From positions 1 through 27,297 of the forward strand of contig SHMW01000061.1 in NCBI GenBank assembly GCA_008080735.1: DNA of 27,297 bases, read 5' to 3'. The notes under the pieces were generated by a model. The model saw nothing but the letters and a program-made list of their open reading frames with translations, was not told the DNA's origin and made no database searches. The DNA comes from Promethearchaeota archaeon (lineage in GTDB: Archaea > Asgardarchaeota > Lokiarchaeia > Sigyniarchaeales > SOKP01). Position numbers and translations under genes: made by a program. This document shows positions 10,001-17,474 of this stretch, in pieces; the stretch's first letter is position 1; every line of letters begins with the position of its first letter.

Positions 10001-10335
10001 CTAGTTTTATTCCAAAAGAAAAAATTACTCCAGAAATTAAGAAAATTAATGTCAATAAAATTCAACCCTCCAGCTTTATTATTGTAAAGTTGATAATTGA
10101 GATTTATGCTTGCCCAATAGATTGGCCAAAAGACAAAGATAGTAAGTAAGGTGATAGCAATTGCAGCGATGATGATGATGAGTATGATAGATCGTTTTCG
10201 AGATCCTTTTTTGAATGGACGATATTTGAATCTCCCACCACCTGATGGATCTCGTGCGCCAGTAAATCCGTATGTTTTGTAGTTTTTATAATTTTTATTG
10301 CTAAATTGTGATTTCATATAAATCTTTTTTTTCAT
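7081..10335 (-). CDS. Large polytopic membrane protein, UPF0182-like, with C-terminal fibronectin type III-like and further beta-rich domains
   Basis: About 8-9 hydrophobic segments, then a soluble region with UPF0182-like motifs (PIFFGE, NRNIKSRV, DADPYLV, MRYPEELY). An FN3-like stretch follows (FTLSWSES...YEIYQN...YEISGLTNGDYKFEVVALNDYG). Many N-x-S/T sequons. Confidence 0.72.
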   Translation of the reverse strand: MKKKIYMKSQFSNKNYKNYKTYGFTGARDPSGGGRFKYRPFKKGSRKRSIILIIIIAAIAITLLTIFVFWPIYWASINLNYQLYNNKAGGLNFIDINFLNFWSNFFFWNKTSLIGAFIGTIIMSIPPDRILLTSLGTRLRFGKPSRKKTLLFWWTAGFFIFYLFGHLIDVTGQFSWTVYLIEQGEIDFNLFTIIPNAFGVLLNPESLDITSIFIYQNLFLPIILFTLGVFIFRAALKVFQNIYIRRNDYQLVANGLFIGSLVFGIIFFYLPTLALDGIQLTQIWAIVLGFFALLGFGLFVTVYGRLKQSQDPRNYMIFTPEKKLLGITGIIILIIIVMPLILSVGTIINLTNTEVYRTQQWETKFKRQVEWTTVTAGLDMFEERPIANFTRTTNSTEDEQMIRQIRQYDQDFAVQTISAKIATTFEGLADSDIVYFNNTEYWVAPKTVKLSQFAGDPVATNTQLYDHVEGFLAIDTFNGDLVNVTEVFNITENYPIFFGESESPRYLRQQGLEFTERLGGYDTNILLDTEWKGGIEKNNFTYQGDPDGTLTGLEGFYYTAGLGLWGYVTQPEHKYLINRNIKSRVQNILLPNMRIDADPYLVFNSASGEMYYAISIFTSIPVSSYSTTPIYRFLGVCLIDQWNGGLTFYENPTLNTTGDPTYPLWKFIRNSYDWKSAPDWLEIQMRYPEELYELQLEANYRYHVDDFVTWRRGDDFHERPEDGDVFYIETNLGEGIEFVGLDLVEYLGQEARTLAGMYFVRHGEYLGEAIFYHTRQETVNRLIGPKTARDSYVSEATQTFTLIEGARNGNTLIYPLLSSIYYYIPTYSTVGDIQNLNLAGFVNGFSRSVGYGDDADDAYNDIEEFPPGSFTLNSTADSPDKDGRFTLSWSESQYADSYEIYQNNTLLAELDSSQRTYEISGLTNGDYKFEVVALNDYGESSDDIEVTVLITIDYEVSMETEIVHPDDLARFRITLENINTNFSAAPVSGINVSLTLYAENNSTEFTIYGFESPLLNTTQKTLNSIETNYTVINNEELLSGEGLIVSGWVNSSISDAIIRYRWTIVIPGEDIEITDLEPISVLKF

Positions 10336-10660
10336 TAGATTTTAATTGTAAAATATTAAAGTAATATAGAACAAAAAACTTAACTATGTTTTAAAATAAG
10401 AGGATTCCAGATTTTTTTCTAAAGGGTAAAGAATTCCTTTAAACATTTTGAAATTATCGAATGCGGATTTCTTCTGTAAACTCATCAAAAATATAGGTTT
10501 ATTTTAAATAAATTTTTGAATTGTGATTGATTATTTTTGAAACATCGTTTATAGTAGGATTTTTTTATGAAAATGAAAAATCTAAATATGTTTGGTTATA
10601 TTATTCTTAATAAACAAATAGTAAATTCTGAGTTCATAGCAATTTAAGGAGGTACTAGCA

Positions 10661-11056
10661 ATGTTTAAAAAGAAAAAAATTCGGGAGGAATTTGATGAGG
10701 TGTTTAAAGCGGGAGATGAGGGGAAAATTAAAGAAATGTTAGATGAAAACCCGTGGCTGTTGGAAGAGGTCTCCCATGAAATGAATGAAGTTATGGGAGA
10801 AGAGCAACAGATTATTGCCGCATTAGGCGTAATGGAAGATGAATTAGGAGGGACTGCTCCCCTAAATGAAATCATATTATCCTTGAAAGTAGATTTCGAA
10901 GTAAATAAATCCGAAGACGAGGTATTATCAATACTTGAAAATTTGCTTAGTTTAGAGTTAGTGAAAAAGCATTCCGATGGATGGAGTTTAACTAATGAAG
11001 GGGCCCGAATTTGTGATGATTATTTGAATCAGAATTTAGAAGGATTTGATATTTAA
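10661..11056 (+). CDS. Acidic hypothetical protein with a C-terminal winged-helix-like domain
   Basis: GGAGG ribosome-binding site upstream. The C-terminal pattern EVLSILENLLSLELVKKHSDGWSLTNEG resembles a recognition helix plus wing. Confidence 0.7.
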   Translation: MFKKKKIREEFDEVFKAGDEGKIKEMLDENPWLLEEVSHEMNEVMGEEQQIIAALGVMEDELGGTAPLNEIILSLKVDFEVNKSEDEVLSILENLLSLELVKKHSDGWSLTNEGARICDDYLNQNLEGFDI

Positions 11057-11212
11057 GTAACATAAAAATATACTCTATCTTAAGTCCGAGTTCAATCGAT
11101 TAGTATATTTTTGAAAATGAATTTTTAAATCTAATTTGATATATATTAACTTAGAAGTTTTTTTAATTATTATGAATGGGTTAGCTATAATTTCCTTAAG
11201 AGATGATTTCAT

Positions 11213-14200
11213 ATGAATGAACATAACAATAATAATGATTTGAATGAAGGGAGCGGAAAGGAACAAGATGAAGAAAAAATTGGCGTAGAAGAATTGGACA
11301 ATCAAGAATTACGCCAATTCCTTAGCAAAAAGAAAAAGGAGGAAGAGCTTTCTTCACACGCATATGAATTAATGGAAGAAGCCTCCGAACTTGCTAAAGT
11401 TAACGATTTTGATGAAGCAATAGCCCAATACCACCTTGCAGAAGAAATTTTCAAAGAATTAGGATGGGATTATGAAGTCGAACGTATACAAAAAACAATC
11501 AAAGAATTAGAAACATATAAAGAAGAGTTTTTAACGCAATTAGCGAGGCAGAGGAAGGAGCAAGAAAAAAAAATAGAATTGGAAAAGAAACAAAAGGAAA
11601 TTTTAGAAAAAGGAGCAAAACAAAAGCAGCAGGCCAGAGAACAACAGAAAGCTGCGAAAATTCGAGAATTGGAAACCCAAAAAAAAGAAATGGAATCATT
11701 CCAGCAAGAAATCTCCAATTTAACCGATAAAGCTGAAAAATTGGCACGGGAATATGAAATTCTTAGGAAAAAAAAGCTCAGAGATGGTGAATTTCCGCAG
11801 GAAAATCCTTATCCTGAAATAATTAACATATATGAGACAGTAAATAAAAAACTCTTAAATAAAGGGTGGAAACGACAAGCAGAAATCTATTCTGATCAAA
11901 TAACAATTTATAAGCAAAAATTAGAAAAAGACAAAAAGTTAAAGGAAATCGAGGCAGAAAAAATTAAAAAGCAGAAGCAAATAGAAGATCTTCATAAAAT
12001 CCGTGAACAGCCAGAGATGGAGATGGATAAGGGTTCAAAAATGGTGGATCATAAGGAAGATGAAAAAGGATTTGAGGAGGAGATTACGAAATTAGTAAAT
12101 AATGCTGAAAAATTGGCCCGAGAATACGAGATTATTCGGAAAAAAAAGCTCAGAGATGGTGAATTTCCGCAGGAAAATCCTTATCCTGAAATAATTGACA
12201 TATATGAAACAGTATATAAAAAACTTTTAAATAAAGGATGGAAGGCTCAAGCAGAAATCTATAAGAATCAAATTGAGATTTACAAGAAAAAAAAAGAGAA
12301 TGATAAACATTTGCGGGAAATCGAAGCACAAAAACACGAAAAACAAAAACAAATCGAGGAATCACATAAGATACCGAAAAAGGATGCAGATCATAAGGAA
12401 TTAATAGAACAAGTAAAAAAAGATAGCAAAGAAGCAAAATCCTTTGAAGAACAAATACTTGAATTGGTGGATAAGGCAGAATTATTAGCTAGGGAATATG
12501 AAATAGAGCTAAAGAAAAATATAAAAGAAGGAAAATTCCCCCAAAAAAATCCTTATCCCGAAATAATTGACATATATGAGACAGTATATAAAAAACTCCT
12601 AAATAAAGGATGGAAGGCTCAAGCAGAAATCTATATAAATCAAATTAAAATTTATCAAGAGAAACTCAAAAAAGAAGAGAAATTACGAGAAATCGAAGCT
12701 GAAAAGGTGGAAAAACAAAAACAAATCGAGGAAATGCACAAACTTACTCCCCAAAAATTAAAAGAAGAACAAATCCAAGAAATAGAGGGGGAACTTAAAT
12801 CGGAGTTAGAAGATAAGAAACTAGAAAATTATATTGATACTAAAGTGGATCAAGCAGAAAAAATGGCACGAGAATATGAAGTTGATCTTATGAAAGGAAA
12901 TTTTGCCCAAGAATGTCCTTATCGAGAAATTATTGAAATATATCGGGATTTAAGAGACAAAATACAAGAACATGGTTGGTATGAGGAAAGTGCTTTATAT
13001 GCCAAACAGATTCAATTCTATAAAGATAAATTGGAAAAGGATAAAAAATTACGACGGATTGAATCTCGAAAAGGTGATCAGGAATTAATCAAAGAAGTAA
13101 AAAAAAAAGTTAAGAAACCTATGGCAGTTAAATCTGCTGATGAAAAATTTCTAAAAGAGAGAAATAAAAAAGAAGAAGTGGAAGATTTTCAAGCAGAGAT
13201 TTCTAAGATGGTTGATAGAGCTGAAAAAGTAGCAAGAGAATATGAAAATGAATTGAAGAAAGGAAATTTTGAAATAGAGAATAAATATCCAAACGTAATC
13301 AAAATCTATAGAAAAATTAGAAAACAACTTATTGATCGAGGATGGTTGAAAGAAGCAGAGCTTTATTTGAGCCAAATAAATCTGTATAAAGAAAAAGCGC
13401 AGAGAGTGGAGAAATTAAAGAGGGTAGAGGCTCAAAAAGCGGAAAGAGAGAAAAGAATAGAGGAGATGTATAAAATACAAAAGCCCATTCAAAAGACAAC
13501 CCAAACTATTGATGAGTCGGAACTAGAAGAAAAGAAAAAGAAAGAAGAAAAACTAAACCAAGCAATGAGTCTTATAGATGAGGCGGAACAATTAGTAAAA
13601 ATTTATGAATCTAAATTAAAACCACAATTGGCCGATTATGAAAGTCCGTATCTAAAAGCGATAGATCTCTATGAAAAGGCCAAAGATTTACTTGTTGAGA
13701 TAGGATGGGAAAATGAAGCTGCTCGTTTGAATGAAACTATTGCATTTTATATGGAAAAGAAACAGAAAGACGATGAATTACGAGAACTCCAAAAGCAGAA
13801 AGCGGAGATAGAAATTCCGATAGAGCATAAACAAATTGATATTGAAGGAGAAACGCAAAAAGCATATATGGAAGTACAGACGCAACGGCAGAGAGAAAAA
13901 GAGATCTATGACCAAATTTTTGATATTATCACTCAAGCTGAAAATTTGGCTAAAGAGTATAACAAAAAAATTGAAAAAGGAAATGTATTGGATTATGAGC
14001 CACCCTATGAGCAAGTAATTCATTTATATAAAGATGCAAAACAAAAATTTCAACACGTTGGATGGGAGCGAGAAGCAAAAAAGCTTAATGAATCAATTAG
14101 TTACTATTCCAAAAAATTGGAAGAAGATAAATTGCTTAAAAGGAAAGAGAGAGAAAGAAGGGAACGAAAAGAACAAGAACTTTTAGAACAACAGAAATTA

Positions 14201-15877
14201 ATAGAAGAATCACAAAAAGAAGAAGAATTGCTATTAAAGGAGCAACAAGAAGCGATTCTAAGAGAAAAACAAGCCCAAAAGAAATTTGAACAACAAAAGG
14301 AAGAAGCTTTTCAGATTATCGATAATGCTTTAGGAATAGCCAGAAATTATAATAAAGATATCCAAGATGGGAATGTTTTAGAAATTGAATGTCCCTATGA
14401 GAAAGTTATTAATTTATATCAGAGGGCTAAAAACATTTTTCAAGAAATTGGTTGGATAAACGAAGCAGACAAAATGGATCAATCAATTAATTATTATCAG
14501 CAAAAGTTAGAAGAAGATATAAAATTACGTAAGGAAGAGGAGCAAAGATTAGCAAGACTAAAACAAGAGCGATTAGAACAGCAGAAATTAATCGAAGAGG
14601 CACGCAAAGAAGAACAAGAGATTTTAGAGCTTCAAGAAAAGACCATCGAAAAAGAGCGAAGAGAAAAGGAATTCTTTGAGAAGAAAAAGGATCAAGCTTT
14701 TGAATTAATGGATAAAGCTAAAAATGCATTGGAGGAAAAAGATTTCGAGGAATCGATAAGACTTTATAAAGAGACTAAAGAGATTTTTAAAAATATTAAC
14801 TGGAATGCAGGTTTAGATTTAGTAGAGGAGTCTATTAATTCAATCTTCAAACAGAAGCGGGAATATGAAAAGGAACAAAAATTTTTGATGAAGGAGAAAG
14901 AGAAACAGAAGAAGCTTCAAGAGCAAATTGAAGAGAAAATTGAGGAAATGGATCGAATTAAAAAATTAGAAGAAGAAGAAAAAAGAAAAGAGATATTACG
15001 CATTCAAGAAGAGAAGCGAAATGAAAAAGAAATAACAGATAAAGCATTTAAAATATTGGAAGAGGGTACTGACTTGGTTGAGAAGGAAGAATTTGATAGG
15101 GCTCAAGAGAAATATTTAAAGGCTCGGGACTTATTTACCCAAGTTGGTTGGGAGCGAGAAGTCTCTCGAATTAATTCCGAACTTTTAGTCAATCTCGAGA
15201 AGGAAAGAGAACGCGTCGAAAAGATAAAACAGGCACAAAAAAGACGGAGAATAGAAGAGGAAGAATTACAGGAGTTGTTAATCGAGGAGGAAAAAAAAAG
15301 AAAAGAGCAAAAACGCAGAGAAATCGAGGAAAAAAGGAAGAGATTAGCTGAAATGCGGCGGGCATCTAAGCCGAAAGAGGAAGTTATGGATAAGTTAGAA
15401 TTAGCACAAATCCATATTAAGAATTACAAATACAATGAGGCTTTCATCAGTTTGAAAGAAAAATTGAAAGAAGTCGAGAAAAAAGAAGTACAAGAAGAAA
15501 TTGAAAACATTATAGAAGTTATTAAAGAACAAGCAAATCTTCCCTTGATTGTCCCAATGGCACCTAACTTGATCGATAATGACCGGTTTATTTCTAGTTA
15601 TGAAGCTGTAGATAGAGCAGAACGTTCAATTAAGAATAGAAATTACATGAAAGCTATATCGGAGTTGAATGAAGCGCGTTTCAATCTCGAGAATCTCGAT
15701 ACTGATAAGAGAATCATATCAGCTTTAGATGAAAAAATCATATTCTATAAACAAGAAATGGGTCATGAAATCGCAGAAACCACTAAACATGAAGAAGCTC
15801 TTGAAGATTTAAAGTCTGAAATAGCAAAGCGAAGGGAAGAACGACGGAAACGCTTAAGAGGATTGGAAAGAAAGTAG
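11213..15877 (+). CDS. 1554-aa E/K-rich protein with about 11 helical (MIT/TPR-like) repeats joined by charged helical linkers
   Basis: Long uninterrupted ORF with a recurring unit A-E-K-L-A-R-E-Y...P-Y...I-Y...G-W...Y at roughly 120-130 aa spacing. Confidence 0.88.
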   Translation: MNEHNNNNDLNEGSGKEQDEEKIGVEELDNQELRQFLSKKKKEEELSSHAYELMEEASELAKVNDFDEAIAQYHLAEEIFKELGWDYEVERIQKTIKELETYKEEFLTQLARQRKEQEKKIELEKKQKEILEKGAKQKQQAREQQKAAKIRELETQKKEMESFQQEISNLTDKAEKLAREYEILRKKKLRDGEFPQENPYPEIINIYETVNKKLLNKGWKRQAEIYSDQITIYKQKLEKDKKLKEIEAEKIKKQKQIEDLHKIREQPEMEMDKGSKMVDHKEDEKGFEEEITKLVNNAEKLAREYEIIRKKKLRDGEFPQENPYPEIIDIYETVYKKLLNKGWKAQAEIYKNQIEIYKKKKENDKHLREIEAQKHEKQKQIEESHKIPKKDADHKELIEQVKKDSKEAKSFEEQILELVDKAELLAREYEIELKKNIKEGKFPQKNPYPEIIDIYETVYKKLLNKGWKAQAEIYINQIKIYQEKLKKEEKLREIEAEKVEKQKQIEEMHKLTPQKLKEEQIQEIEGELKSELEDKKLENYIDTKVDQAEKMAREYEVDLMKGNFAQECPYREIIEIYRDLRDKIQEHGWYEESALYAKQIQFYKDKLEKDKKLRRIESRKGDQELIKEVKKKVKKPMAVKSADEKFLKERNKKEEVEDFQAEISKMVDRAEKVAREYENELKKGNFEIENKYPNVIKIYRKIRKQLIDRGWLKEAELYLSQINLYKEKAQRVEKLKRVEAQKAEREKRIEEMYKIQKPIQKTTQTIDESELEEKKKKEEKLNQAMSLIDEAEQLVKIYESKLKPQLADYESPYLKAIDLYEKAKDLLVEIGWENEAARLNETIAFYMEKKQKDDELRELQKQKAEIEIPIEHKQIDIEGETQKAYMEVQTQRQREKEIYDQIFDIITQAENLAKEYNKKIEKGNVLDYEPPYEQVIHLYKDAKQKFQHVGWEREAKKLNESISYYSKKLEEDKLLKRKERERRERKEQELLEQQKLIEESQKEEELLLKEQQEAILREKQAQKKFEQQKEEAFQIIDNALGIARNYNKDIQDGNVLEIECPYEKVINLYQRAKNIFQEIGWINEADKMDQSINYYQQKLEEDIKLRKEEEQRLARLKQERLEQQKLIEEARKEEQEILELQEKTIEKERREKEFFEKKKDQAFELMDKAKNALEEKDFEESIRLYKETKEIFKNINWNAGLDLVEESINSIFKQKREYEKEQKFLMKEKEKQKKLQEQIEEKIEEMDRIKKLEEEEKRKEILRIQEEKRNEKEITDKAFKILEEGTDLVEKEEFDRAQEKYLKARDLFTQVGWEREVSRINSELLVNLEKERERVEKIKQAQKRRRIEEEELQELLIEEEKKRKEQKRREIEEKRKRLAEMRRASKPKEEVMDKLELAQIHIKNYKYNEAFISLKEKLKEVEKKEVQEEIENIIEVIKEQANLPLIVPMAPNLIDNDRFISSYEAVDRAERSIKNRNYMKAISELNEARFNLENLDTDKRIISALDEKIIFYKQEMGHEIAETTKHEEALEDLKSEIAKRREERRKRLRGLERK
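11730..12640 (+). repeat. Three intragenic DNA repeats with 372-nt period
   Basis: An identical 59-nt block at 11766-11824 and 12138-12196, and an identical 36-nt block at 12228-12263 and 12600-12635. Both offsets are 372 nt (124 codons). Confidence 0.9.
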
Positions 15878-15899
15878 ATAAATAAAAAATAAAAAATTA

Positions 15900-16118
15900 T
15901 TACAACATAATATTTTCTTGGGGTTCAGTTTCGAGTTCAGGCTCGGTAATGGAACCATAATTTCTTTTAATTCTCTCCTCAATGAGATATTCGGTTTTTA
16001 TTAAATCGCGAATTCCAACTCGGATCGCTTCTGATCTGTTGGGAAATTTACCATCTGCCACTAGAATTTCTAATATTTCCAAATATGTCTCGGGTAAGTT
16101 AACACTTATCAATTTCAT
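15900..16118 (-). CDS. Ribbon-helix-helix (CopG/Arc/MetJ) transcription regulator, CdrS-like
   Basis: N-terminal beta-strand KLISVNLP, then helices with GKFPNRSEAIRVGIRDLI. GGTGA ribosome-binding site at 16130-16126 on the - strand. Confidence 0.9.
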   Translation of the reverse strand: MKLISVNLPETYLEILEILVADGKFPNRSEAIRVGIRDLIKTEYLIEERIKRNYGSITEPELETEPQENIML

Positions 16119-16332
16119 TTGTATATCACCATTCTGATAATTTATTATTTATTATATTGATATATACCGAGGTGATATTTAAGTATTTAGTGGAAATAGC
16201 CCCCAAGAAATCCGACAGAAATAGAAACACCTATTTTTGGATGAATTGGGCGACAAAAACAATCCCTACCTCACTGTCGTCCATATAGTAACATTTTCTA
16301 AAAAAATAATGAAAAAATTATTTAAACTATAT

Positions 16333-16356
16333 CACAATATCATTGTGTAACACAAT
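16333..16356. promoter_or_regulatory. Candidate operator: three alternating CACAAT boxes at 9-nt spacing
   Basis: CACAAT (16333-38), ATTGTG (16342-47) and CACAAT (16351-56), just downstream of an A-rich tract and TTTAAA (16321-26). Confidence 0.45.
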
Positions 16357-16380
16357 ATATATAGAGAGTATGCTAAAAAA

Positions 16381-16701
16381 ATGTCTGATATTCAAGGTCA
16401 GTTAAAAGAGCATTTGGAAAATGCTGAAGAATGGGGAAAGATGGAAACTCCTATTCCAGGAGTATTTGTCGTAAAAGTCCCGGGAAGCAAAACCAGACCT
16501 CCGATGTTATTTTTAGAGATTAATCCCTTAAAATCGAACGGCAAACCTATGAAACGTAAAGGACTATTTGTCAGAGATTATGAGATGTTAGTGAAATTCA
16601 GTGAAGCTTTAACCGATGACAAGGTCGTTCGGTTAATTAAAGAATTGGAAGATGTTAATCCGGACGAAAAAAAGAATAAAACTAAAAAATTGAAGATGTA
16701 A
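16381..16701 (+). CDS. Small hypothetical protein, possibly PC4-like nucleic-acid-binding fold
   Basis: Clean ATG ORF with oligo-T downstream. Beta-rich first half and a GKPMKRKGLFV motif followed by a helix. Fold assignment is tentative. Confidence 0.75.
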   Translation: MSDIQGQLKEHLENAEEWGKMETPIPGVFVVKVPGSKTRPPMLFLEINPLKSNGKPMKRKGLFVRDYEMLVKFSEALTDDKVVRLIKELEDVNPDEKKNKTKKLKM

Positions 16702-16920
16702 ATAATCATTACGAATCTCTTTATGCTCACTTTTTCCCCTTTTTTCTTATGAGGACAGAATTACCATAGTCTCTTTTTTGTGAATTTCTGCTAAAACATA
16801 AATAGGTTTATTATTTAGTTTAAATCAAAAATAATTATATAAACTTAAAATTTTGAAATAATTCTATAAAACAGAAATTACAGAAAATTAAGTGTTAGTG
16901 ATTGAAAGAAGTGATATAAA

Positions 16921-17230
16921 ATGGCAGAGGAATTTGATGGTAAACATTGTTCAGAATGCGGTGGAGACTCATTTCGAATAGCCCACGATGAATGGATGAG
17001 AATTTAAGCATTTCGCTAACATCATCAATCGAACATTCAGATTCGTGGAAAACGGACAATTAAAAATGTGCAATTCTTGCGGGGCAAAATTCTTAGTCTG
17101 TGAGGAATGTGGAAATCTCTATACCCGTGTTCATCCAGCATTGGAAACTTGGGAAGTCTCTCAAAAATGTCCAGTCTGTGGGCACGTAGACCCCGAAGTG
17201 AAAGCCTGGGATGGCGTATCGGCTCGATAA
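16921..17230 (+). CDS. Double zinc-ribbon protein, split gene: join(16921..17000,17029..17230), 93 aa
   Basis: AAGTGAT ribosome-binding site at 16909-16915 and ATG at 16921. Exon 1 is MAEEFDGKHCSECGGDSFRIAHDEWM with one CxxC. The downstream +1 frame carries three more (CNSC, CEEC, CPVC). The joined product has four CxxC motifs. Oligo-T follows 17230. Confidence 0.8.
17001..17028 (+). other. Putative 28-nt bulge-helix-bulge (archaeal-type) mRNA intron
   Basis: Central 4-bp helix GAUG (16995-98)/CAUC (17023-26) with 3-nt bulges AG^A (16999-17001) and AA^U (17027-29). Excision at the canonical positions restores the reading frame. Confidence 0.68.
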
Positions 17231-17256
17231 TTTTTTTCTTCCTTTTTTTACTTTTC
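17231..17256 (+). terminator. Oligo-T archaeal terminator
   Basis: TTTTTTTCTTCCTTTTTTTACTTTT immediately after the stop codon. Confidence 0.6.
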
Positions 17257-17474
17257 CACCATTTATGATGAATAGGTTATGACTAATTTTATCGCAATTT
17301 TAGACAATATAGCACACCACATATATTTGAAATATTCATAGAGATTTATAAGGAGAGAAAATAAACTTAAGATATATATTCACAATTTATTTACCCAGAG
17401 AATACAAAATTTTAATTGCAAACCTTAAATTGTATTATATCATTAATTGATAAAACGAAGCTATTGTAAGGATT

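Noticed and set aside
11213-15877. SMC/Rad50 or myosin-like call for the giant protein; CRISPR or DGR reading of its repeats
   Set aside because: There are no Walker motifs, hinge or motor domain. The repeats are in-frame coding units with no spacers and no reverse transcriptase in the window.
16997-16999. TGA as a selenocysteine codon in the zinc-ribbon region
   Set aside because: It is not in the frame of the upstream ATG and does not fall at a cysteine-motif position.
16987-17029. Alternative BHB register using GAUG 16987-90 (36-nt intron)
   Set aside because: The flanking pairs fail (C16986 opposite C17030), and excision keeps the wrong frame, ending at TGA 17101-03 without the other cysteine motifs.
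17045-17230. Stand-alone 61-aa GTG-start gene
   Set aside because: It has no evident ribosome-binding site and three CxxC motifs (an odd number). The missing CxxC, RBS and ATG lie upstream at 16909-16960.
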